From the NCBI GenBank assembly GCA_903884005.1, contig CAISDA010000072.1, positions 95,522-159,521 of the forward strand: a DNA stretch of 64,000 nt. Direction: 5' to 3'. Within the stretch, counting starts at the first letter, position 1, and the number at the start of each line of letters is the position of its first letter. Of this stretch, positions 1 through 9,652 are shown piece after piece. This DNA comes from an uncultured Ignavibacteriota bacterium. Lineage in GTDB: Bacteria; Bacteroidota; Ignavibacteria; UBA10030; UBA8401. A program made the translations under genes and the position numbers. The notes below the pieces were generated by a model. The model searched no databases and was not told the DNA's origin. It was given only the letters and a program-made list of their open reading frames with translations.

Positions 1-1199
1 GTCTCGAACGTATAGGGCGCACCGCTCAAAGCGACAGCGGCATATTCATCGAAGTACGGCGGTACGCCCGTCCCATAGAGAGAGCTCGCCAACAAGCCGC
101 GCGCAGTGCTTTGGGGAAGACCCGTGTGCTTCTCATATGCCGGGTTGATATCGAGAATCCGATAATCAATTGCACGGTCGTCTTCGTAGATCATTTCATG
201 GATGGCAACGCCCTCGGTCATATTTTCGAAGAGCGTCCGGAATTTTTGTTCGCTCGCATGCAGCGTCTCTGCAGATTGCGTGCGTTCGGTGTAACTGGCT
301 GCAAGCAAAAAACCGGTAATGCTCGCAAACCCGATATAAAGCTGAACATGCAATAAGCGTGCAGCGGGAGTGACTCCTCCCCAAATCAATGGCCCGGTCA
401 TGACCGCATCGCTCGTCGCTGCGATAGTGGCAAGCACAATGAGCGCCAACGTGACCCCCTGTTGCTCGAACCTGAACGCGCACCAGGCAAGGAGTGTAAA
501 GAGCATATACGGTTGCACAACAGACAGTGTGAAAGGTCCGTGCGTGGAGAAGAGCATCCACGCGGCATAACTCCAAAGGGAAAAGAACACACTTGCCTCT
601 AACACTCTGGACCATCGCACATGGGCGAATGAAACGATGCGCACGTTCCATGCAACAATAAGCGGCGTAATAAGCAAAATACCCAGTCCATCGGATATCC
701 ACCATGCTGTATAAAAGCTCCAAAAGGGGGCAAGATGCGTGAGCGAGGCTGTTCCGGCACCTATCGTGGCGGTGAATGCATTCAAAACGGTTGCGGCGCA
801 AATCAATGCCAGGATTTCATTGATCAAAGTAAAGCGGACGGTTTTTCCGCACCAGAATGTGATGAGCCACGCACTGCCAAGCGATTCGAGAATATTCGCA
901 GTCATAAATCCGATACTGTCAATCAGTGCCCGCCCGGCAAGGAAGTTCGCCACGTTGCCTGACACAAAAATAGCAGCGATGACGGCGGGCCATAAATACC
1001 GGGGGCACAGCAGAAGGGCCGCCAAGCCGATTCCCGCAGCCGGCCACACGGTCATAAGAACCTGATTGGAATCGGGGAAAAGAAATGATACCTGGTTGAC
1101 CGCAAAATAGGCTGCGGCGATACCTCCGACCTTAACCATATCCCGGCGGAGAGAATGGGGGGAACGGAGGACATGCTGTTTGTCATCATTGTTGTTCAT
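1..1199 (-). CDS. MASE1-domain membrane sensor with PAS domain (probably a histidine kinase); runs off the left edge of the window
   Basis: Not in the ORF track because it has no stop in the window. Hand translation from ATG 1199: MNNNDDKQ...TVWPAAGIGLAALLL...AWWISDGLGILLITPL (MASE1-like), then SEQKFRTLFENMTEGVAIHE...DINPAYEKHTG (PAS). Start overlaps the stop of the upstream kinase. Confidence 0.8.
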   Translation of the reverse strand, partial: MNNNDDKQHVLRSPHSLRRDMVKVGGIAAAYFAVNQVSFLFPDSNQVLMTVWPAAGIGLAALLLCPRYLWPAVIAAIFVSGNVANFLAGRALIDSIGFMTANILESLGSAWLITFWCGKTVRFTLINEILALICAATVLNAFTATIGAGTASLTHLAPFWSFYTAWWISDGLGILLITPLIVAWNVRIVSFAHVRWSRVLEASVFFSLWSYAAWMLFSTHGPFTLSVVQPYMLFTLLAWCAFRFEQQGVTLALIVLATIAATSDAVMTGPLIWGGVTPAARLLHVQLYIGFASITGFLLAASYTERTQSAETLHASEQKFRTLFENMTEGVAIHEMIYEDDRAIDYRILDINPAYEKHTGLPQSTARGLLASSLYGTGVPPYFDEYAAVALSGAPYTFE

Positions 1200-3963
1200 T
1201 GAGATCTCTCGCAGGCAAAAGTACGCGGATAGTCGTTCCTATTCCCACAGCGCTCTCCACGGTGATGCCGCCTTTATGTCCTTGAATAATTCCAAAGACG
1301 GCAGAAAGGCCTAATCCGCGCCCAATAAATTTGGTTGTGAAGAATGGATCGAATATCTTATCCATCGTTTCCCGGTCCATTCCACTTCCAGTGTCGCTCA
1401 CCGTCAACAATGCATATGCGCCGGGTTTCAATGGTATCGTCATGATGCGGGTGTATGGAATCAGCTCTTGAGTCCCCATCGTGACGTGAGAGAGCGTAAC
1501 ACTGACAGTTCCCTGTTTCTCTCCAATTGCTTCTGAGCTGTTGGCGATAAGATTCATAATGATCTGTTTCATCTGTCCGGGGTCTCCACTGACATGCACA
1601 GGAAGCGAAGGCATATGCGTCTCCAGTGTGACATTCTTCGACGAAGAGGCGTTGAACAGAATGATATGGCGTTGGACCACATCGGCCATATCGAGTGTCT
1701 GAATTTCAACCATTCCTTTTCCGGAGTAGGCGAGCATTTGTTTCGTCAGGTCGGATGCGCGTTCCATTGCAAACAATACTCTTTCAAGATATTTATGGGC
1801 GGCATGCTGCACAGGCAATTGATCCTGCGCGAGAGAGGCATTCCCCATCATGATGCTGAGAAGATTATTAAAATCGTGCGCGATGCCGCCTGCGACAATG
1901 CCGAGACTTTCCATTTTTTGGGCGCTGCGCAGTTCCTGTTCCATGATCTTGCGATCGGAAATGTCGCGCCCGATGCCCACGATTCCAATGATCTTGTTGT
2001 CCCTGTCCCTCAAAGGAATTTTGGAGGAGAGCAGCCAGCGTTTCTGCCCCTTCTCGTCGAATACATATTCTTCTCTATTAAGGACCGGCTGGCCTGTTTG
2101 TATCACCGATTGATCATCCGCAAAAAAACGTTCGGCGATTTTTTTCGGATAAAGATCAAAATCATTTTTCCCTATCACTTCAGATTCGGACGATGCTCCC
2201 ATGTGCTGCAGGTCTGCGGCATTGGCAAGCGTCTTCCGGCTAGTCAGGTCTTTGGAATAAATGGAATCTGGAATATTATCAATGAGAGTGCGAAGCAGCA
2301 ATCGTTCATTTTGGAGCGCCTCTTCAGCGCGCTTGCGCTCGGTGATATCGCGCTGGATCCCCAAATAGCCGACGATCCTATGATCCGCATCATAGATCGC
2401 GTTTGCAGATCCTTCGATGTCGATGAGGGTTCCGTCCTTCCTGCGATTTTTCAGTTCCCCTCTCACTTCCTGGCTGCTCAACAGGGTCTTCCAGAACATT
2501 TCGTAAATGTCCACTCCCATCGTTCCGCTCTTGAGTATGCGCGGAGTCACCTTACCGACGATCTCCTCAGCGGTATAACCGTACATCGCTGTGAATCCCG
2601 GATTGACAAACGTGATGATACCCTTTTCGTCAGTGAGAAAAATTGCTTCACCAGAAGTATCCAGCGCCTTCCGAAATTTTACGAGCTCGGCTTCGGCTTT
2701 TTTTTGATCGGTAACATCACGGAACAGCCCGAGCGCTCCGATAAAGATGCCGTCGTTATCATAATACGGGCTGGCCGTTGTGAACAGCTGACGTTTCGTG
2801 CCATCCACCCGATTGATCTGTATGATGTACCTGGACGTCTCGCCTTTTTGTCGCATGCCGGATTGGTCCTGGATTTTTGAGAATTCATCCGGATCCACGA
2901 ACTCGGCGATACTCCGGCCAATGAGCCCGTCGGGTGGCACGCCAAAAATGGCCTCCGCAGCCGGATTGACGAGCGAAAACCTCTCATCGCGATCCACCAT
3001 CGCAATTCCCTCCAGGAGATGTTCGACAAGGGATCGGTATCGCTCCTCACTTTCACGCAATGTTTTTGCAGAATATTCGCGATCGCGGTCGGTCTTGTTG
3101 AGCGATCGCCCGATCACCCACACGAGAGTGACAAGAACGACCATATCTGCCGCAGCGGCGACCACATCGGCAAATTGCTCTCCATACCATACGTGCTCGC
3201 CCAAGCCGACCAACCACGCCAGTACCGCCGGCACCACTATTGCAGCCGGCATGAGACGGCGAGCCACAAAACTGCCCGACCCATTGCTCATCAGCACACG
3301 AGCGAAGCCCACGTTCCGCTGCAGGCAGAGCACTCCAAGCACCAACAGAATGAATGAGATGCATGTATTGAGTGCCATGCGTGTGTGAATGACATACCCG
3401 GAAGAGTCTGATACACCGTAGACGAACGCGAGAAGGGCGAGCAAACCGAGCAGGCCGACGATGAGCGCAAGAACCTGTGCGATTTTTTCGGCCCATTGGT
3501 TCCTCCTCTTGATCATCATCAACGCGAATCCAAGGAGGGAAAAACCGATCGCAGTATTGAGGACCATTCGTCCCGGAAAGAGAGTGCCGGGAGGTACCAT
3601 TGTTTCTTTGAAGATCAACTGGTCGATACCCGCGTCCCACATGCAGGCATATTCTGCAATCGTAACGAGTCCGATCGCACAGGCAAGGAACGCGGATACC
3701 CTGCCTGCCATCCTCCACACGCCTTCTCTCGTGTTGGAGAGAAGCAGCAGAGATATTCCCGAAAAAATAAACGCAATTGCTGCGTTTATTTTCATCGGGA
3801 TCAGACCGGAAAAAACGCTCGTCAACAGCGGGATGTTACCTATCCAGCCAACAATGACGATACTCCCTATTGTGAGAGCCGCTACACCCGCGATACGGGG
3901 GAATGCATTGATCCACCGGTTTAACCGGACATGAACTCGAGAACGTGCCGAAATATTTTCCAA
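1186..3963 (-). CDS. Multi-TM sensor histidine kinase with three PAS/PAC domains
   Basis: Hydrophobic N-terminus of about 285 aa, three PAS/PAC repeats, H-box GGIAHDFNNLL, G-boxes DTGSGM and FFTTKFIGRGLGL; no receiver domain; TTG start. Confidence 0.92.
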   Translation of the reverse strand: MENISARSRVHVRLNRWINAFPRIAGVAALTIGSIVIVGWIGNIPLLTSVFSGLIPMKINAAIAFIFSGISLLLLSNTREGVWRMAGRVSAFLACAIGLVTIAEYACMWDAGIDQLIFKETMVPPGTLFPGRMVLNTAIGFSLLGFALMMIKRRNQWAEKIAQVLALIVGLLGLLALLAFVYGVSDSSGYVIHTRMALNTCISFILLVLGVLCLQRNVGFARVLMSNGSGSFVARRLMPAAIVVPAVLAWLVGLGEHVWYGEQFADVVAAAADMVVLVTLVWVIGRSLNKTDRDREYSAKTLRESEERYRSLVEHLLEGIAMVDRDERFSLVNPAAEAIFGVPPDGLIGRSIAEFVDPDEFSKIQDQSGMRQKGETSRYIIQINRVDGTKRQLFTTASPYYDNDGIFIGALGLFRDVTDQKKAEAELVKFRKALDTSGEAIFLTDEKGIITFVNPGFTAMYGYTAEEIVGKVTPRILKSGTMGVDIYEMFWKTLLSSQEVRGELKNRRKDGTLIDIEGSANAIYDADHRIVGYLGIQRDITERKRAEEALQNERLLLRTLIDNIPDSIYSKDLTSRKTLANAADLQHMGASSESEVIGKNDFDLYPKKIAERFFADDQSVIQTGQPVLNREEYVFDEKGQKRWLLSSKIPLRDRDNKIIGIVGIGRDISDRKIMEQELRSAQKMESLGIVAGGIAHDFNNLLSIMMGNASLAQDQLPVQHAAHKYLERVLFAMERASDLTKQMLAYSGKGMVEIQTLDMADVVQRHIILFNASSSKNVTLETHMPSLPVHVSGDPGQMKQIIMNLIANSSEAIGEKQGTVSVTLSHVTMGTQELIPYTRIMTIPLKPGAYALLTVSDTGSGMDRETMDKIFDPFFTTKFIGRGLGLSAVFGIIQGHKGGITVESAVGIGTTIRVLLPARDLNEQQ

Positions 3964-4103
3964 GACAGTACTTCATTTTAAACTTCCCTCGAAAGTATTC
4001 GCCGCATTCAGAGAAGCTTGGTGTTAAATACTATGTGATGTGTGACTCGCGCTGAGCGATGAATGGCGCTTTGTAATGTACTTATTTACTCAATATGTTT
4101 CAA

Positions 4104-5009
4104 TTACTGTCTAAGGGAATACACATCCCATACAATTTTTGCAATGTTCGCAATGACGTCATCACGAGCATTGTCTCCGGCGCTGGAGTTGGAAACAAAA
4201 ACGACAATAATACAATGGTGGCCATTAGGGAGTGTCACAATGCCGGCATCATTTGTCGCGGCGGCCATCCCCTTCTCATCGACCCCGGACGAACCTGTTT
4301 TATGAGCAACGATGGTTCCTGCCGGCAATAGGCCCTTGAGTCTTTGCGGACCCGATTTCGTCTTTACCATGAGCTGCCAGAGATATTCCCTGCCCTTGTA
4401 CGAGAGTATGCTATCGCGGCAGAACGTGTGGAGCAAGTGTGCCATTGCAGCGGGAGTGCTATAGTTCTTATACTGGACATCCGAGTCGCGGTGCATTTCC
4501 GCTTCGGTCGCGACGATCTCCATCTCTGTGATGCCAAGGCCGTGGATATAGCGGTTGACACTGTCCGGCCCTCCCACCAGTCGAAAGAGAATATCGCATC
4601 CATTATTATCGCTTTCCGACACAGTATACGTCAACAGTTCATCCAGGGTGACAGCACTACTTCCCTCGGGATACTTTTCTCGCAGAGGACTCCACGTGTT
4701 TGGACGCAGGTCGTCCTTTTTCACGACGATGCGTTGATCGAACGCTAATGCGCCTTTGTCTACCAGGCTGAGCACGGCCAATGCAAGCGGAAATTTATAG
4801 ACGCTCTGCATTGGATAGTTGCCATGGCCGTCGATCGTCAGTGAATCGTCATTCTCCAATCCGCGTATGGCCACGCCGATAGTTCCGTTGGCACGTCCGA
4901 TGATACGGTCAAGTTTCGTTCGTAATGAATCAGCCTGAGCAACGAGGAGTATTGGAACAACGTGAAGAATGAATAGAGCAACGATGCAACGCTTCTTGAA
5001 TGTCGTCAT
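4104..5009 (-). CDS. bla: Class A serine beta-lactamase, subclass A2-like
   Basis: PMQSVYKF (SxxK), SESDNNGCD (SDN), ATEAEMH (E166 region), HKTGSSG (KTG), signal peptide. ATG 5009 with GGAG upstream preferred over the track start at 5045. Confidence 0.93.
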   Translation of the reverse strand: MTTFKKRCIVALFILHVVPILLVAQADSLRTKLDRIIGRANGTIGVAIRGLENDDSLTIDGHGNYPMQSVYKFPLALAVLSLVDKGALAFDQRIVVKKDDLRPNTWSPLREKYPEGSSAVTLDELLTYTVSESDNNGCDILFRLVGGPDSVNRYIHGLGITEMEIVATEAEMHRDSDVQYKNYSTPAAMAHLLHTFCRDSILSYKGREYLWQLMVKTKSGPQRLKGLLPAGTIVAHKTGSSGVDEKGMAAATNDAGIVTLPNGHHCIIVVFVSNSSAGDNARDDVIANIAKIVWDVYSLRQ

Positions 5010-5082
5010 AGTAATCTCCGTACTTGTTGATTCAGCGGTGTACATTTTTCGGTTCAGCGAATGTCGAACGAGAATTTATAGA

Positions 5083-5925
5083 TCACTGCTGCAGTTGTCC
5101 CTTCGGAAGACGAATCGTTGGCATTGCCGCTGCCTTGCGGGATGCTCGTATTCGTTGACGGCGGAGGCCCATTAATGATTTTTCATATGCATCGTCGTAG
5201 GGCATTCCCCGCACCATCAATGTTCGCTCTGCCAACTCGGCGGCGATGGAAAATTCCATTTCTTCGCACGAGATCTGGGCATCGAGCCATATTTCTCCGG
5301 GCGGAATGAAGTGATATGCGCGATCATTTCCGCTCAGTCCAAAATCAGGAAATACGTCTCGCCGTATGGCGGCACCGTCGACGATCCATACGTCCACCGA
5401 GTCCCGCTTTCCTACGCGGACGCGATAGACACCATGGAGATGCACGGAATCGCCGAGACGCATACACTCTTTCGCGCCGTCACAATCGGTCGGTGAGACA
5501 GGACACAATTGGCGTTCGTGCTCGGCGCACATGCTGTAATCATCCTGCCGCAGGTGTTGCTCTATCATAAGGGCGCTGTCATGAGCCGCACCATAGGTCC
5601 ATCCGTGTTTCGCCATCAATTCACGTTCGCATAATTCGTGGATGAGGGTATAATGATATTCCTCGCAGGATATCGCATGGTCGATCCATATTTCATCGGC
5701 GGGCACGCACTGATACCGTTCATGGTTGCCGCCGTAGAGGAATTCGGGTATGACAACTTCACGGATGGCTTTGCCATCAACAATCCAGACATTGAAACCA
5801 CCAATGGTGCCGCAATCGACACGATAGACATTGGGGAGCGGTGAGCGCCCTTGTGCGTCGGCGTTCCCGATTGTTCCAGCCAGCAGGAACAACCATAACC
5901 AAGGCGCGTATAATCGTTTCATCAT
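5083..5925 (-). CDS. Exported hypothetical protein with two tandem homologous domains, the first carrying HExxE...H
   Basis: Signal peptide ending ADA; repeat 1 VWIVDGKAIR...EIWIDHAISCEE...HELCERELM, repeat 2 VWIVDGAAIR...EIWLDAQISCEE...AELAERTLM. Confidence 0.8.
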   Translation of the reverse strand: MMKRLYAPWLWLFLLAGTIGNADAQGRSPLPNVYRVDCGTIGGFNVWIVDGKAIREVVIPEFLYGGNHERYQCVPADEIWIDHAISCEEYHYTLIHELCERELMAKHGWTYGAAHDSALMIEQHLRQDDYSMCAEHERQLCPVSPTDCDGAKECMRLGDSVHLHGVYRVRVGKRDSVDVWIVDGAAIRRDVFPDFGLSGNDRAYHFIPPGEIWLDAQISCEEMEFSIAAELAERTLMVRGMPYDDAYEKSLMGLRRQRIRASRKAAAMPTIRLPKGQLQQ

Positions 5926-6055
5926 CGTTCAGATCTGGTTGAATGAGCCGGTGTTGTACAGCGATGCTACAAAGAAGGAGAAATCGATGTCATCCGCAAG
6001 GGGAAAAAGCGAAAAATAACCAATGAAAATTTTTCCTCTTCAGAAAAATCTTCCA

Positions 6056-6084
6056 TTGATTTTCAAGCGTTTTTCCATTATATT
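6056..6084 (+). promoter_or_regulatory. Putative sigma70-type promoter for the surA/ppiD-aroK-aroB run
   Basis: TTGATT-N17-TATATT in AT-rich intergenic DNA, about 70 bp before ATG 6154. Confidence 0.5.
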
Positions 6085-6153
6085 TTTCTACTAAAGACTA
6101 TAATGTCCATCAATCACCATCATGTGTAATGCAGTTAGGAGCACTATCTCAGT

Positions 6154-8247
6154 ATGCCTATTATGACGAAAATGCGGGACAGCATGCCTGCCATCTTAAT
6201 TGGTCTCGTAGTTGTCTTTTTAATTACCATTGTGTTCGAATGGGGAATGGATTATGCGGGCATCCGTTCAAAGCATAACGACACGATCGGGGTCATCGAC
6301 GGGAAGAAAATCAGCTATAATGAATTTTCCGAACTCGTCAAAAAACAGACCGAGCAGCAAAAAGCGCAATCGAAGCAGGAAACCGATGATAATACGCTCC
6401 GCACCATCCGCGAACAAGTATGGACTGCGCTTGTGACGCAGACGATTGTAGAACAGGAAAGCGAACGCTCCGGGTTGAAAGTGACCGATCAGGAGATCGT
6501 GGATTGGGTGCGCGGCGAGAATCCACCCGAATTTTTAGCGCAGCAGTTCCGTGATTCCACGGGTCGGTTTAACCGCGCAGCGTATGAAAGCGCACTCAAC
6601 GATCCGCGCAACAAGGATATTTGGGTGCAGGTCGAATCGGCATTGAAGCAGCAGCGTCTTGCAGAAAAAATGCAGAGCATTGTCCTGTCGACCGTGCGAG
6701 CGACGCCGGGAGATGTTGAACAGCGCTTCATGGACCAGAATCTCAAGATCAATGCGGAGTATGCATTCTTCGATCCCTCCGTGCTCGTACCGGATGCCGC
6801 AGTGACCGCGAGCGACGACGACATGAAAAAATTCTATAACGAGCATCAGGTCGAGTTCAAGAATCCCGCGCTCCGTAAAATGAAGTACATCTTCTTCAAC
6901 GACCAGCCCTCGGCCAAGGACAGCGAAGACGTCATCAACGAAATGAACAGCGTGCTGCAGCAGGCGAAAACGGGAGCGGACTTTGCCGATCTTCAGAAAA
7001 AATATTCCGAAGGCAAGACCGAACCGATCGTCGTGAAGCATGGCGAAGCATCGCCTGCGAAGGAAAAAGCAGTCTTCTCGGCAAAGGCCGGCGATATCAT
7101 CGGACCGGTGAACGACGCAGACGGCATCCATTTGATGAAAATTGTGGAAGAGAAGACGGGAACCGACACATTTGTGAAGGCGAAGCACATTCTGCTCAGC
7201 GGTGCGAAGGATAAAGAAGCGGAATCGATGAAGCTTGCCAAGGATCTCATTGCCCGCGCCAAGAAGGGCGAGGATTTTTCAGCGCTTGCGCGGCAATTTT
7301 CCACTGAACCGGGCGCTGCCTCTTCGGGCGGCGATCTGGGCTGGTTCGGCAAAGGACGCATGGTGAAAGAATTTGAAGAAGCGGCGTTGAAAGGGAAAAC
7401 CGGCGACATCATCGGGCCGGTGAAGACGCAGTTCGGCATTCATGTCATTAAAATTGAAGGCCGCGACACGCGCGAATTGAAGGTTGCCGACATTCTCATG
7501 AGCATCAAAACAAGCGGATCGACGCGCGACGCGGCATTCCAGCGGGCGCAGGATTTCGCGTATGTTGCAAAGGACGGCAAGTTCGAAAAGGATGCCGAAA
7601 GCTTCGGCCTGCCGGTTCAAGAGACGCCTGAGTTCCAAAAGGGGGCCATGGTGCCGGGCCTCGGATATTTTGAATCGCTCAACAAGTTCGCCTTCAAGAA
7701 AGATCTCGACGATGTCAGCGAAGTCTATCAGGTAAACGGCGGGTATGTTGTCGCAAAAATTTCCGATGTCAAAAAAGAAGGCGTGCGCCCGTTTGACGAA
7801 GTGAAACAGGGATTGCAGTCGCGCGTGGTCTTTAAGATGAAGCTCGCAAAATTGAAGGAACTCGCCGCACAGAAACGCAGTTCGATCGGCGACAACGGAG
7901 ATCTGCGCACACTGGCAGCCGGCGATCCCAGGATCAAGGTCGACACGACAGGCACATTCACCTACGGCGGCGCCATTGCCGGCATCGGACGCGATTATGC
8001 ATTCTCCGGCATGGCAAAATCGCTCGAACCGGGAAAAGTATCGCAGCCGGTCGAAGGTTCACGCGGCGTATATCTGTTGAAAGTCACAGCACGTCCGGCA
8101 GTGGACAATGCCGCCTTAACGGCGCAGCGGACGGTGCTCTCGGCACAGATGCTCCAGGAAAAGAAACAGCGGGCGCTCTCGGCCTGGCTCGATAAAATGA
8201 AGGAAAGCGCGAAGATCGAAGACAATCGCGACATCTTCTTCCGGTAA
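6154..8247 (+). CDS. SurA/PpiD-family parvulin peptidyl-prolyl isomerase
   Basis: N-terminal TM anchor, SurA N-domain, rotamase motifs KAKHILL, FSALARQFS, GGDLGWF, PVKTQFGIHVI. Confidence 0.92.
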   Translation: MPIMTKMRDSMPAILIGLVVVFLITIVFEWGMDYAGIRSKHNDTIGVIDGKKISYNEFSELVKKQTEQQKAQSKQETDDNTLRTIREQVWTALVTQTIVEQESERSGLKVTDQEIVDWVRGENPPEFLAQQFRDSTGRFNRAAYESALNDPRNKDIWVQVESALKQQRLAEKMQSIVLSTVRATPGDVEQRFMDQNLKINAEYAFFDPSVLVPDAAVTASDDDMKKFYNEHQVEFKNPALRKMKYIFFNDQPSAKDSEDVINEMNSVLQQAKTGADFADLQKKYSEGKTEPIVVKHGEASPAKEKAVFSAKAGDIIGPVNDADGIHLMKIVEEKTGTDTFVKAKHILLSGAKDKEAESMKLAKDLIARAKKGEDFSALARQFSTEPGAASSGGDLGWFGKGRMVKEFEEAALKGKTGDIIGPVKTQFGIHVIKIEGRDTRELKVADILMSIKTSGSTRDAAFQRAQDFAYVAKDGKFEKDAESFGLPVQETPEFQKGAMVPGLGYFESLNKFAFKKDLDDVSEVYQVNGGYVVAKISDVKKEGVRPFDEVKQGLQSRVVFKMKLAKLKELAAQKRSSIGDNGDLRTLAAGDPRIKVDTTGTFTYGGAIAGIGRDYAFSGMAKSLEPGKVSQPVEGSRGVYLLKVTARPAVDNAALTAQRTVLSAQMLQEKKQRALSAWLDKMKESAKIEDNRDIFFR

Positions 8248-8273
8248 GAGCTACACATTGACGGAGGCACTCC

Positions 8274-8975
8274 GTGCTTCGATGGACGTTCATGATAAGC
8301 ATGCTCTCGGCGTACGCACTCTCTGCGGACGCCGAGAACTCCGTTCTCCTCCTCTTTAACGGGTCGTTCACGACCAACACGCGCATCTTTTCCAACGCAG
8401 ACAATCCCCAGTTGTACTCCGACATCACCAACATTCCCATCAATTATGGGATCGGCGCGGAAGTGCGTGTTCGAACGTTCTGGGAGCGGTGGGTTCTGGG
8501 TATCTCTGTGGAAAAAATTTCCGGGACCGTGGAAACGTCGGCCATCTATGACGGTCCCACTGGCCCGGTCATCATACCGCGCACGAACGGATACGAGATG
8601 GTTCCGGTCGAAGCCGGCATGTATTATACTGTCCCGATCAGCTCCACCACATTCGCATTTTATCTCGGGGGCGGCCTCGGGTATTACACCGGCAGGCGAA
8701 CCTCGTCGGTCGGCTCTGCCGCGTCTCGGTCGACGGACATCGCCAGCACGATGGGGATCCATGTTTCCACCGGCATCCGGTGGATGTTCACTCCCCTGTT
8801 GGCGCTCGATGCGCATCTGCGCTTTCGCGATCCGCAGATCAACGCAACGAATGTGTTCGATCAGAAATCGACGCTCATCAAGGGTGTTCCGGTACCGCTG
8901 GCCCAGGAACCGTCGCACACGGCGATCAATCTTAACGGAATTAATTATTCCGCAGGACTTGCGATTGTTTTTTAA
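8274..8975 (+). CDS. Outer-membrane beta-barrel protein
   Basis: Signal peptide, amphipathic strands (FYLGGGLGYY), C-terminal Phe (AGLAIVF). Confidence 0.75.
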   Translation: MLRWTFMISMLSAYALSADAENSVLLLFNGSFTTNTRIFSNADNPQLYSDITNIPINYGIGAEVRVRTFWERWVLGISVEKISGTVETSAIYDGPTGPVIIPRTNGYEMVPVEAGMYYTVPISSTTFAFYLGGGLGYYTGRRTSSVGSAASRSTDIASTMGIHVSTGIRWMFTPLLALDAHLRFRDPQINATNVFDQKSTLIKGVPVPLAQEPSHTAINLNGINYSAGLAIVF

Positions 8976-9019
8976 ATTTCATTTTTTATGATAGAGGGTT
9001 TATGCCTTGATCCCGCGCG

Positions 9020-9652
9020 ATGGCTGAGCGGGATTTATTTTTTTTCGAACGCAGCACTCACCGGTTGGATTCATTGGAAGCATGTGTGAAAAATCGACCC
9101 CCTGACGTCAAGCGCATCATATTCCTCATCGGTTTTATGGGCAGCGGGAAAAGCACGATCGGTCCGATCCTCGCCAATACGATCGGCTACAATTTCGTAG
9201 ACCTGGACGTTGCGATCGAACACCGCGAAGGGAAAAAAATCAACGAGATTTTTTCGGAGCGCGGCGAACAGTTTTTCCGTTCCATCGAAAGGACTGTCCT
9301 GGAAGAGATCGCGGCCCGGGCGGACAAGACCATCATCTCGCTCGGCGGGGGCACGATCGCGAACGAGGAAACGCTGCGGTACATAAAATCGACAGGCATC
9401 GTCGTGTATCTGAAGATCAGCGAAGATCAGATCTATAAGCGCCTCCACGCCAAGGGCGATCGTCCGATGCTGCGGGATGAGAACGGGACTCTGCTCAACG
9501 GCGAGCCGCTGATGGCAAAGATCCGGACCCTGCTGGACAAACGCACGCCGTATTACGATCGTGCGGATATTATCATGCACACGGACGACAAAAAGATCGG
9601 AATGACCATAGATGAACTCACCAAACACCTCCGCGGCCTCATCGAAACATGA
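9020..9652 (+). CDS. aroK: Shikimate kinase (true start may be GTG near 9086)
   Basis: IFLIGFMGSGKST Walker A, DLD, GEQFFR, SLGGG, RPML. Confidence 0.95.
   Translation: MAERDLFFFERSTHRLDSLEACVKNRPPDVKRIIFLIGFMGSGKSTIGPILANTIGYNFVDLDVAIEHREGKKINEIFSERGEQFFRSIERTVLEEIAARADKTIISLGGGTIANEETLRYIKSTGIVVYLKISEDQIYKRLHAKGDRPMLRDENGTLLNGEPLMAKIRTLLDKRTPYYDRADIIMHTDDKKIGMTIDELTKHLRGLIET

Noticed and set aside
196..801. 201-aa minus-strand ORF from the track
   Set aside because: Alternative frame of the MASE1-PAS gene, which is open from 1199 to the window edge.
3964..4103. Possible sigma28 promoter upstream of the sensor kinase (CAAG-N14-GCGAATA)
   Set aside because: The match is too weak to separate from chance.
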